Origin: Macrostomum lignano
Taxonomy: Eukaryota
NCBI GenBank assembly: GCA_002269645.1
Contig: NIVC01001471.1
Span: 124,001 to 188,000 of the forward strand
DNA length: 64,000 nucleotides
Reading direction: 5' to 3'
This document shows, piece by piece, positions 49,956 through 61,728 of this stretch; within the stretch, counting starts at the first letter, position 1, and every line of letters starts with the position of its first letter. The position numbers were made by a program, and so were the translations under genes. The notes under the pieces were generated by a model. That model had not been told where the DNA came from. It did not search any database and saw only the letters and a list, made by a program, of their open reading frames with translations.

Positions 49956-51623
49956 TCACAGCGGTGTCTCGTAGCACCCTGTGCTGGTTGACCTTTTCAT
50001 TCGTGTCTCTGTCTCTCCGTGCCGCCGTCTTCGTCGAGATCGATGCTGCTGCTGCTGCTGCTGCTGATTCTGCTGGTACAGCCTCTGCTGCTGCTGTTCT
50101 TCAGGCTCACTTTCTGGTTTCCCTGTTGAATTCGAGTCCAGTTCATCTACGGAGCTGTGCCTCACCTTCAGAATGGACTTCAGAGCCCCGCCTCCAACGC
50201 TGCCAGCTGGCTTCTGTCGATAAATCGCGATGGTAGGATAGTACACGCAGTACAAAGTGTACTTTACCTGCGGACAACGGTAGCCCGAGGACATGGGATT
50301 TGACCGCTTTGAATTAAATGAGGCCAAGAAGCTGCCCCTAGAGTTGCGTCGCTGTTGTTGCTGCTGCTGCTGCTGCAGCGGTTGAACCTGCGACTGTTGG
50401 CTGTTGGGAATGGCGCAGTTAATTGCTTCAACGAATGATGCCTCAGGACAGGGCATCGGGATACCCGGTTGCAGCTTTGGCACAGTGCCAATGAGGATCG
50501 GACAGCCTAGTGTCACGTCTTTCACAGGTACATGGGAAAAACCGAGAGTGACGCACATCTGAATTGCGTACTCCACTGCAATTGGGTGTTGGAAGTGGCT
50601 ATTCGGCAGAGATGTCGCTACCACGCCCGGAATGTGTAGCTTGTGCTTCGCCGACCAGAAGCGCTCCGGTTCCTTTCCAGGACCAAGAGAAGCCACCTGC
50701 TCCTGCAGCACAACCTGGTTGCGGCTGCCAAGTCGACGCTGGTTGCTCCCGAGAGCGGTGGCTCGCTGCACCAACTTTAGGACGATTCGCTGCACTGGTA
50801 ACGTACTGGAGGAGCAGTGCACGCTCAGATGGCAGTTGACGTCTTCACCTGGCACGTATGCGTCCTTCTTTAGCATCATTGAGGTTTTCACCTCGTCTTT
50901 CAGCAACTTATTGATAAGGCGATCAACACTGGTGCACGAGGTCTCGTCAAAGGTGCAACGCTGGGCCACAGCCGGCGCATTGAGATCAACATCCTCGATC
51001 AAGGTGAAAAACTGCGTTGCTTCAATTCCATCGGCCTCGTCCAAGGAGAAGGTGACAACGGCGCGGCAGCAGTAGCGCACGCAGCCGAACTCCTGACACT
51101 CGACTGAGTGCGGCAGCCAGCGGGGAAGCTGAAACTCGAAGCTGCGTTTCTCAACCAATCGGCTGCCTGGCAGAAGGTTTTCCTCGATGGACAGGTGACG
51201 CCGGCAGACCAGTCTCTGTTTCGAAACGCCGTTACTGGTCTCGGGAGGCAACTCGGAATAGCCGACGCACTCGATCTTGTAACCTGTCGCATAGACCGGT
51301 CCGCGCGTCTCGACGGTCACCCAGCCGGCGATGCGGTCTCCGCTGCGGAAGACCCGACGGCCGCCGCTGAAGCAGACGTCAAAGAGAAGCAGGCGACTCT
51401 TGGCCGATGCTGTGGCCAGCGCCGACAGGCTGGGCGCCTGTGCTGGCGTTGTCGACGGGGAAAGCGCCGGCGATGAGGTTCCCGACGAGCTGGCAACAGA
51501 GTCGTTGGCGTGCAAGATGACGAGCGACGGCGTCTCTTTGGTCATGCTCATGAGCCCGGGCGCCCCTTCTAGGCGTCTCTGTGAGTTTAACAAGGGGTTT
51601 TCAGCTAAAGATAAAGCTGACAT
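49956..51623 (-). CDS. Alpha-arrestin (arrestin domain-containing protein), single coding exon, 555 aa
   Basis: Arrestin-N (VFRSGDRIAGWVTV; FEFQLP..LPHS.E...GCVRY) and arrestin-C (KDAYVPGE; LHIP; I.VEY; CPILIGTVP) motifs, then a Gln/Arg-rich tail; an acceptor AG directly precedes the ATG. Confidence 0.85.
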   Translation of the reverse strand: MSALSLAENPLLNSQRRLEGAPGLMSMTKETPSLVILHANDSVASSSGTSSPALSPSTTPAQAPSLSALATASAKSRLLLFDVCFSGGRRVFRSGDRIAGWVTVETRGPVYATGYKIECVGYSELPPETSNGVSKQRLVCRRHLSIEENLLPGSRLVEKRSFEFQLPRWLPHSVECQEFGCVRYCCRAVVTFSLDEADGIEATQFFTLIEDVDLNAPAVAQRCTFDETSCTSVDRLINKLLKDEVKTSMMLKKDAYVPGEDVNCHLSVHCSSSTLPVQRIVLKLVQRATALGSNQRRLGSRNQVVLQEQVASLGPGKEPERFWSAKHKLHIPGVVATSLPNSHFQHPIAVEYAIQMCVTLGFSHVPVKDVTLGCPILIGTVPKLQPGIPMPCPEASFVEAINCAIPNSQQSQVQPLQQQQQQQQRRNSRGSFLASFNSKRSNPMSSGYRCPQVKYTLYCVYYPTIAIYRQKPAGSVGGGALKSILKVRHSSVDELDSNSTGKPESEPEEQQQQRLYQQNQQQQQQQHRSRRRRRHGETETRMKRSTSTGCYETPL

Positions 51624-52370
51624 CTAAATAGCTGCTCTACTGGAATAAGTCTTTATAGAGATATGCGCGAATCCAGCGCTTTGCTAGAGCTTTCTTGATG
51701 GAAAGAGTCGCACGATTCAAGCAGACTATGCTGTACACTCCAGATGTGCATGTCGGTTAAGACGGGCACACAAGATAGTGGTTGGCTATTGTTTGATCAG
51801 GTTACGAAGTAGAAAAAAGCACGGACCTAGCAAGCGACAGAATGAAAGAATGAGTTCTCTTGCCAGGTTGGGACTGGAATTTTCCAGTGAGAGCAGAATA
51901 AAGTAATAGTAACTTCAATGGAGTACTGATATTTCTATAGACTCTGGAGTCTGGATGCTGACCGTTAACCAAAAAATCAACTTACATTGCATGTACGGTA
52001 GCTTCAAAAGTACCCGACGACTTTTTGCTTCGTGCAATATAAATATTTCCGTTATCTTGATGGTGGCAAGAAAAACAAGTTTGCTTTTTTGGTAAAATTA
52101 ATTGGTTTAGTGAAACGCAGGCTAAAGGGATAGTTGTTCACTCGGTCGATTTTGTAATATTGTAATAAAAAACTGAACGCTGGTATAGGCGAAATACACG
52201 GTGCAATTCCTCTCTCTCTTTCCCTCTGTCTCTGAGCCGCTGTGTCCATACAGTCTGTACTTGAATTGCGTAGGTGAGGCGGTCGCTTGAGCAAGGTCTG
52301 TTACAGTACAAGGCTTGGCGATACGGAAATGACTCGCGGACTAAGCTGAGCAAGACAGACCTGCCCAAGT

Positions 52371-52380
52371 CCATAGCAAC
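52371..52380. promoter_or_regulatory. RFX half-site CCATAGCAAC upstream of the alpha-arrestin
   Basis: Half-site only; a CCAAT box (ATTGG) lies ~240 bp further upstream. Confidence 0.3.
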
Positions 52381-54431
52381 TGTACTGTGCTGTACAGTAC
52401 AGACAGAGCGGGAGAGGGGGCAGAAAATGAATGAAAAGCTAACAACACTGGGAGAGAGAAAATATCGGGCGTTTCACCTTTGGGCATTGAGTCCGGAGCA
52501 GGGCAGGGAGGAGCAGCTTGGCGAGAATGTGAGCTCTGCACAGCGCGTTGCCAAACCGCGAGCAAGCAATCATTTTCTTTGCTCTTGCCGCTCAACGAAC
52601 CTAAATGATTTTATTGGCCAACGGGAATATAATGGCGCAGATTGTATATTGTATAACTACACACTCGTATATAATTTTATCTTTTGGCTTCTCACAATCT
52701 ATATTTTTATGCTGCAGTATTGTGCAAAGTCATTTCCCACACACTTGTCTCGCCTTCTTGGCTTTGGCAGAAGGTTAACTAGATTATTTCCAAAAATACG
52801 CGTAATTTGTACAAACTATTCTTGCTCAACAAAGCGCGCGCGTTTCATACATTCACATGTACATATACCATTGCGAGGGGGGCCAGTAGACAAATATAGA
52901 CGCTTTCTGAGTCGAGTCTATATGCTCTATCAACCACAGTGTGGCGCTGTATCACACCGTATACGAATATCACATATGTATGTAATTTATATAACGTATA
53001 TGTATATAACGTATATATATGTGAAAAATTCGAAAGGCCGTTGGCCATCGCATATATAACATATGTGATGGAATAGAAAGATCCAGGGGGAAAGAATAAT
53101 TACAAGTATATTTCTATGAAATTAAAAGTCAGATATGCCTCCAGCTCTCCATTTCTGCAAGCCTAACACGGACCAGCCAAGATGCATTTACATGTATAGC
53201 AAAACATGCAGTGGTGAACTTGAAAATTCAGTGATGGAACCGCGAGATTTCCTAAAATTATATTAGACAAGTCGTTGCGTTGCTGTGCTTAACTTTTTTC
53301 ATAACGCTATATAATTGTCTCTGCAAAAAAATAAAATTTCACATCATTATTGACCAATATAAATGCTGTGGCGCGCAGGCCCTCAAAAGTCAAAATGCTA
53401 TACAGAATGAACGATTTACATGTAATGAAGCACAACTAGCTAGCTAAATGTATGGGATATGGATAGAATTATCAAGGATGAATTTAGAAATGTCTACTCT
53501 ATTAGTCTACTTAAAATTAACTAAGGGATCCATCCAATTGGCATATTCAATAAGGCATAAAAGTAATTTACAGATGTAAAATTGTATACTAACGGCTTGA
53601 TGTATATAGTTTACAAAAAATCACTTTTTCTCGCAAAAAACAAATAAAACAAAACCTTTACTATTAAATTTCCTTTAACTGCTGGAAAAAATACAATTAA
53701 AAATAAAAAAATTGATACAAAAACTTTCAAAGCATACTACAAAGCATAACATGCGTCTCAACTTTTTTAAAATTCAATTGATTCTTATGTTATGATGATA
53801 ACTCATTTGAGATTGAAGTCGCGCGCCGCTCGATGGTACCTACCCTGCTCGCTTGCTTGATTGTAATTAGAAGTGGCTGTTCTTTTTGTTAGCCTTTTGT
53901 ACTGTTCAAGCGCACCTTTCCTGTTATCCTTAAGCTTTTATTCTACGAAATATGATTGAGCTGTACCTTGACATTTAGAATTAGAATATTTTTGACTTAA
54001 GTAAAAAGAGATCAATAATCGGCCGCATAACCTCTCTTTGCCGTTGGCTAACACCTAAGATTTAAATATCTAGTTAGTGCAACTACAGTTGAGTTTTCGA
54101 GTTGCTTTTTAGCTAGGCCTAAAGCAATTGACTCATTGAGCCTAAACTATCGATTTTTCACAAAAACTTACAAGATTTAATCTATTAAACCTATGGCTTC
54201 TCGTGGTGCTAAAAGATCAGCTCAAGGAAATTTATTGCAGCAGATTGACGATTTTCTAAAATCTGCAGATGGATTGCTTGGTGCAGAATCAAGCGAAACT
54301 GAAAGCTTTTCTATTTCGACTAGTGCAATGAATAGACCTAGTCAGCCTAGACAAGACAGACCTTTTCGAAATGTTCCTATTCCAAAAGAAACTTCAGGCA
54401 GCAAAACAGGAAGAGTAGCTACATCTTCGAG

Positions 54432-57400
54432 CCATAGTGCAGAAGGACGGGTGTACGACGGAAATTTCCGTCGTACATTGAGGTTGGTTGTCGTACATGT
54501 CGTACATCGTTCATTTTTGCAAGGGCTCTTTGTCGTACATGTCGTACCGTCGTTGGCCACACTGTCACTGTCGTACATCTCTGACTAGAAAGCTATATGC
54601 ATAGGCATTTAAAAATACAATTTCGTTTTCATAATTAAATTAAATTTATTCAAAGTTCTTTTTACGAGGCACAAATAAAATATAATCTTGGCATACTTAA
54701 TAATAATTTTTTATTATGTGGCACCAAATTTCACATTTTTATATTCAAGGCCACACAAATGTGCATCCGTTGTTTTAATCTTAACCTTGTTTATTTCTTT
54801 TTTGAAATGCGTATCGTTGTATCGTGTTACTGGGAATTGAATTGTGAATGTGAATTAATTCATAATCATCTGATCTTGTAATTCTCGTCCTCCGGTCAGT
54901 CTCGTCTCTCGTGATCGTGATGTGATCTAAGATAAGATCTGATCTGACTAATGTCTTTTGTCTTATCCCTTATAACTTTTACTTTTCTATAATCTATGGC
55001 TATGCACTCTGCACTGCACTAGCACTATATACTATACTACAAGCTACAACTAAAAGTAACTTTTAAGTTTTCTTAATTTGTTGCAAAACTTAAACTAGCA
55101 ATTTGTAATTTTTCAACTTTGACAAGTAAATTTATTAGTAGTTAGTACGAGTAACAAGTTGAGTAATTAATTAAGTTGAGACTGTTGAGTTGAGTTGCAT
55201 GTTGCATTGTTGCAGTTGACTCATTGACTTTGACTGTTGACAAATGACAAGGTCAACTGTCAAGTGACACTTGTGACAGTTTGTTGTTTGAGACTTTGAG
55301 TTAGTGAAAGTGACTAGTGACTGACTGACTGGTCTGTCTGACTGACTGACTCGTGTCTCGTGTCTGTGTCTGTCTGGACATCTGGTGATTCTTTCAAGTT
55401 TATTTTTTAAACATTTTATCACTTTTACCTTCATAAATTAGTTCTAGAACTTCTAGTGTTCTGTTCTAATTCTAGTTCTTAACTTAACTTCTTGTTCTTA
55501 ATCTTAGTTGCAAGTTTTTATTTTAAAAGTTCAAGTTGTCAGTTGTGTAATTTCACAATTTCAGTAATTGAGTTGACATTAGACAAGTTTATAAAATTAT
55601 CTTATCACTTTCTTTTAATAATTAGTAATTAATTAATTAAATGCATTTTTTATTTGTCAAATTTGACTTTACTTGACAAGTTGAAGTTGACAGTTGAGTA
55701 CTTGAGTATTGAGTAAAGACATAGTAATTAAGTTGACAGCTATGGCTTATTGCTTGGCTTGAAACCAACAAATATTTCTTACGAAATAACAAGTAGAAGT
55801 AGCTAATAGCCATCTAGCCAAGAGACACCAAGTTTTGCTTCGTTTCATGAAAGAAAAGAAGTGAATATATATAAATTAGGGCCTACTGCAAGTCTGCAAC
55901 TAATTTGAGACAAAACTTCAGGTGCTTGGCAGCAACTTTAGCAAATACAACTTCCAAGTTGACTTGACATTGACAAGTGTATAAATTTATCTTATTACCT
56001 TTACTTTTAGTCTTTTAGTAATTCTAAATTCATAGCAAATTTTGCTATTGTATTGTATTGTAAGTTGACTAGATTGAGTAATTGAGTTGTATAAAATTAT
56101 GCAATTGATTATATTTGGTAGAGTTGAGTAGAACATTTGGTAGAGCTAGATTGTAGAATGGTACAGTATAGTATATGAAATTATTTTATAAAAAAAACAA
56201 AATATATTGAAATGTGCATTAATTATATCCTATTACTAAATGTCTAATCTTTATTTCCTAAATTTCTATAAGTATAATTATAATTATTTATTTAATTTTT
56301 GTAAACAAAACCATATTTTTATTCAACTGATAACTAGTTTGGTTTATGCTTACTTATTGATTAGATTTGGTCATAACTAATAATACTAAATTAAATGCTG
56401 ATTGCCAAAAAAATTAACTTGTCTTTCAGCTAAATTCAGCTATTCAGCATTTGCTTTTTGATTTATTGTGCCAAAATTAATCTCTATAATGTCTCGTAGC
56501 AGTAGCACATCAAGTTCTGGCTCTGAAGAAAATCAGTCTGAGACAGAGACACCACTAGCTGCAGCTTTGCAAGCTAGTATCCAGGACCAGGCTGACCAGG
56601 CAGAGCCAGAGGCAGTAGTAGAGAAGGCGAAGGCTGCTGAGTGTGCTTGGGCCCATATGCCAATCATGCAACAGGCACAGCGGCAACGCCAACAGCAACA
56701 GGCTAATGTGCAAGTACAAGCAAAATCAAAGCGTCCACTGAGTTTGTCTCATGCAGCGTCTTCATCTGCACAAACTGAAGAGCCACCAACTAAGAAGCCT
56801 CGCGGAACTGTGTGTGACCCACATTACTGTGTGGATTGCCTTCAGCGAGGGCTTCCACTGTCCAACTGCCGCATTTATCGAAACAATGGTAGTAGCAGAA
56901 AAACTCATCGGAGTCGCTGGCACAAAGAAGACCCAGCCAATAAGATTTTAACATATTGCAGACCTGACCATGCTGATGTTCGCGACCTAATTGCTGCCAG
57001 GCCTGCCAATGAGAATGAGAAGCAGGTAAAAAAACGCATCACAAAGGCCATGGTCAGCCATGAGGTGCTGGAGGTTGAAAGTGCCAGTGATGAAGAGTCA
57101 CCTGAACGTCCTGAAGTTCCAATGACCACTGAGCCTGAGGCAGAGCAGCAGCAGTCTGAGGGACCAAAGACAAATCTGGTAGTAAACATTGAAGTACTGG
57201 AATCATCCGCCGTTGACCAAAGATCCAGCTCATTTGTTAGGCAGCTTGCTGATGCTTCACCTATCCTTCCCAGTCCTGCTGAGGCTGCATCTACAGCATC
57301 ATCAAGCACGTCAGGTCGGGATCTTTTGGCAATTGTCACTGGGCTGGAAATTAAAATGGCGGAGGCAGCCCGACAACTTGCCCTACTTCCGATTATACTA

Positions 57401-60400
57401 AATGTTGTTCGGGACTTGGCGCTGTCACAGGCTACCTCCAGCTCAAACTCTCGGGGACAAAACTTACCAAAAGTGCCGCCAATTGTGGCTAGCAACATGG
57501 CCGAGCTCCTGGAGAACGAGATGCTCGCCACAGCACCTTGCGGTGAGGACACAATTTTATACTGTGTCCCGTGCTACAACGTTTTAATGGAAGGCACGGC
57601 CTTCTCGCCAAAGTTGACTGTTGCGGAGAGGCACAGCACTTTGTAAGTCCATTGTATGTACTTTTATCTAACAGGCAATAAGACAATCCAGTTGGCCTTT
57701 TCCATTTATTTATTATAAACTTTCATTTCTCTAACTTCTTATAGAAACCCCAAGTCGATGGGCACGCTTGCACGAGGGCAGCTCATTACAAAGCTGGAAA
57801 TGACTGAGATCCTTGCGTGTGGCGAGGCATTCTCCCGGCTTCGTTATAGGATAGTGAAACATCTCTCTGGTATCGAGGCTGTCGGCCATGTGAAAGCTAT
57901 GAAGAAGTATGCGGACCGCAAGATTGAAGAGAAGCGCGTCTCAGGAACTGTTCGGCGCCTTTTGCGTTGCTCTGTTGCCAATATCGAATCAGCGTCAGCT
58001 AGTAAGCACTATGAGACGTTCGTGAGCATGCTTTATCGGTCGGACGCTGAAGTTGGCCAGCGGGGCCACGGCCGGTATGTACCATATTATGTGGTTTGTA
58101 TCTGTATGCCATTAGCTAAGCTATGGTTATTTTGTACGCTATTTGTTAATTTACCACCCACTATGCATCCAACTAGGGAGTTTAACAAGGAGTTGTGGTC
58201 GTTGTTTGAGGTCACCGCTGACAAGTATACGGCTGAGTTCCTGCAGACCCCACTGCCGTCCACCGGATGTCCTCCCTGCTACGCCATTGCTTGCGACAAA
58301 AGCACACCAGGTCGCATCACTAACCAAGCTGTTATGGTGTTGGCCAGGTAAGTAGGGAGGAAGAAGGAAAAGTAATGTACATTAGGAGTATCCGCCACTT
58401 AAATATTACTTTTACTACCTCCTTAAAACGGATAACCCCTAACAGGTGCGAGACTGGTGACGCCGTTGCTATCCCAGGTGGCGCCCCGGCCGTTTATTCC
58501 AAAGAGATGGACGGCAGCGGCCCCGTTCTGGTGCAGCGGCTTTTTCAAGGTCTGGCGAACTTTGATTTGCCCATTGATCGTCTTGTGGGCGTCATTGCCG
58601 ACGGGCAATATCAAACTGCGCCTTTTAAAACGGCAATATTTGAGAAGCTGAAGGAGGCCGGAGCCGACTATGAGATCCCAATTAACTGGGACCCGGCCCA
58701 CTTTATAAACCTGGCCGTGACTAACGTGCGCGATAGTGACGACGGAGAGGCGTTGCAGGATTTTATTGACAGGGCAAACCTGTTTCCGCATCTTTTTGGC
58801 CACGGGCGTGGCCGTTCGGCTTTGGAAGTAAGTATGCAACCTGAATGTCTAACTGAATAGTTTACCGAGGGTTTTAGATATACGTTTGCTATAAAACTAC
58901 TCCAAATTCTTTGTTTGTAAAAAAACAGATTGCTTCCGAGGACCATGCCGGAGCAATTTCATCATTTGCCTCGCAGCGCTTTACCAGTTCAGCCATGAAC
59001 CAATGGCAGACCATCTTTCGCTGCTACGGCGATCTGCATGCCGCATTTCGAGCCGAGAAACCACGAGTCAGAGATAACGACCCACAGCCGTACATAATGT
59101 TCGGATTTGATTTTGTGTGCGACTTGTTGGGCTACCTGGATCTCTTTGCGCCAATCAAGTAAGTTGATTTATATGCCTTGTGGGTAGTAAAATTACTATG
59201 GGATCAACTTTTTGATTACCTACTTACTCCAAACACATAACACTTGCACAGAGCTCTTATGGAGATTGCGCAGAATCTTCAGCTGCCCCACTGGAAAGTG
59301 TCTACCTTATGGCCATTGGTAGCTGAGTTCCTCCATGTCCATGCAGAGCAGTTTCGTAGTGAGGACTACCCCACGCTGCATGAGCACATCGACAATCTGC
59401 ACGTTGGTGGCACATTTGATGGCGTGACTCTGCTGGACGGCTGGCTCAAAGTAAAAAAGCCGGTTGCTGGCTCTGCCTCTGACCAGGATCAGTGGCGCGC
59501 TCGAGACATGGAGGTAAGCTTGTGCAATCATTATATTATGTACTCTGCCAAAGTTACCATATTCTCCTTTGTGCTTCATTATTCAGCTCCATCCTTCTTC
59601 CTCCTTCCTCAGGACATTGCACGTGATACACAGAAGCTTGCCGGGGCACTTCACCGCAGCTTCGTTGCTCGCATTCAACGCTGCTGCGACCCGAGCACCT
59701 CTGATTGTGCCTCCTTCGATGCAGCTGCCATCATCCGTGCCATTGCATGCAGGGACCCTGAAGTTGCAGCAGAAGAGTTTGCAGACCAGTGCGCTCCCGC
59801 CTTTAAGCGGCTTGTGACCGAGGCAGTCAAGCATAAGCACCTGGCTCATCTGAAAGTTCCCATGGCCCGAAGGTGAGCTCCTTCACAATCAAAACTATAA
59901 ATGCACTGGTACTATAACTAGTGTGAGGCTGGAAATCACATATTTCAAGACCACTTTGCTACAGAAAAATGTAACGAAATCGAATTGTATTTAATTTTAT
60001 TTTTTGTCCACTAAACTTAGGTATGCTGCGAACTTTGTGGACACTATACGCCACGTCATTTTCACGGGTGAAGGCCGCAGTAGCTGGCTGGTGCCTTCCA
60101 TCAACGGGCCACTGACGGATTTAAAAGTAGCAGCACCCACTTTGGCACGTCAGTTATTGCTGCATCTATCGGGTTCGACAGCAGGTGGTGAATTTTCATC
60201 TGTTGTGGTGGACGAAGCAGCAGTTTATGCGTCTTTCTATGCCGACCCAGACGTTTTCCAGCGAGCCGGCCCTGCAACATGTGCACTACTTGATTTTGCA
60301 CTACACCGAGGTGGCACTGGTGAGTTGCAAATTCCAGTTGCTATCTACAAATTAACTAATGTCACCTTGGGCAAGTCAGTCAGATTTGATCAGAATTTCA

Positions 60401-61000
60401 TCTACATATTTTTCCGCCTTTTTCTTCCAGAAGCGATTGTCGAGAGCTTCTACTCGACTATGCGGTCGCAACAGCAACAGGGAGGCCAAACCAACGACAC
60501 CCTTCAGCTTCGCGCTAAGTTAGCTTGGTTGCTACCACCCATGGGCGGCGATGCATGCGAAGAATTTCTCGACGACTCTGCGAAACTTTTTTTTAAAGGC
60601 GACAAAAGCCGTGGGATTCGTCCACATTGGAGTCCGTTTTTTGCTGCCAAAACTAAGGACGCCATCGGCAAGGTGCTGCAGAGGCGCGCAGCAGCTGTTT
60701 CCCGTGTGCCATTCATCGGCCGTCGGAAGCAGAAGCCCAAAGACGGCGACAATAATGCCAATTGATAAATTCATTTAATTGAATCATTCATAATTAATAT
60801 TACTTCAATTACTTGTAAACTTGTTATTACCACTTACAACTTATTATTACTCTTTGTCTGGGTCGGGAGTATGTGGGTTTCTGCATTGTAGTTTGTCGTA
60901 CAAAAAAAAATTACTTAGTTCACTTGTGTCGTACTGTCGTACAGCAGGCTAAAACTGAAATTTGCCTTCCGTCGTACACAGAAATCCTTCTGCACCATGG
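54432..61000 (+). mobile_element. Full-length hAT-superfamily DNA transposon, 6,569 bp
   Basis: Perfect 8-bp TSD TCTTCGAG (54424-54431, 61001-61008); TIRs CCATAGTGCAGAAGGA..GTGTACGACGGAA / TTCCGTCGTACAC..TCCTTCTGCACCATGG; subterminal GTCGTAC motifs (6 plus 1 inverted on the left, 4 on the right); internal transposase gene. Confidence 0.95.
56489..60765 (+). CDS. hAT transposase, ~1,140 aa, nine exons: 56489-57642, 57745-58074, 58177-58347, 58446-58827, 58929-59158, 59252-59513, 59613-59872, 60021-60319, 60431-60765
   Basis: Eight GT-AG introns (102,102,98,101,93,99,148,111 nt) give a 3,423-nt stop-free CDS. Motifs: CxxC..H...H finger (CVDC..HRSRWH), second finger (YCVPC..KH..H), catalytic D (ACDKST), D (IADGQY), WDPAH (CxxH-equivalent), SQRF (RW-equivalent), E in GTEAIVESFYSTM. 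Confidence 0.88.
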
Positions 61001-61728
61001 TCTTCGAGGCCTGATAGGCCTATGGAAAGATTGTTATCAGCTTACCAAAGACAAAGTAATACTCCAACTTTTTCTACTTCTGAAGATTCTGATTCTGAAG
61101 AAATTAAGCAAAGAGGTCCATATGCAGGTGGGTTTTTAAAATCATTTTTGAGTTTTGTCTTTTTTATTACGCCTATTGAATTGAATCTAATATTGTCAAT
61201 GTTATTTTTTTAAATAGTTAGTTATTTTATTTAATGCACTAGCCACTGGTTTATATATTAATTTGTAGCATTGCCATTGTTAAATTTAGAATCACATAAT
61301 AACTAAATTTTTATACAAGTTTTAATGACTTGTTTTGGTATTAAATTATTATTTCTGATCAATAAATGCCAGGGTGTACTTTATATATCAAATGCACAAA
61401 ATATTTACAGATTTTGTTTGCTAGAAAAGTATATATATTGTTGGATTTAAATGTAATGTAGCAATGATAACAATAGCATTAATATTATTTTATTAAAGCT
61501 CTCTTGAGACCAAAAAATCTTTATTGAAGTTTTATGTATACATATTATATTTTTTTAATTTCTATACAGAATGTGTAATTTTTTGGGATGAATTTCAACC
61601 TGGCATAAAGGATCAATTTTATATTTGGTAAAATTTTAATTTATAGTCTATCTATAGGCTACCTAAAAAATAAAAACTCTATGTATATATATGTGTCTAT
61701 GGACAATTTTGTTTACTATAGACTCCCA

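Larger units (their letters stand above)
54193..61213 (+). pseudogene. Unknown AT-rich, Ser/acidic ORF (~147 aa) split by the hAT insertion: 54193-54431 + 61009-61213
   Basis: Removing the element and one TSD copy restores ...GRVATSS|RPDRPMERLLSAYQRQSNTPTFSTSEDSDSEE... in frame. Confidence 0.55.

Noticed and set aside
52274-53059. 261-aa GTG-start ORF and 62374-63027 (217 aa)
   Set aside because: No recognisable motifs or host-like codon bias; the latter is largely antisense to the MULE remnant.
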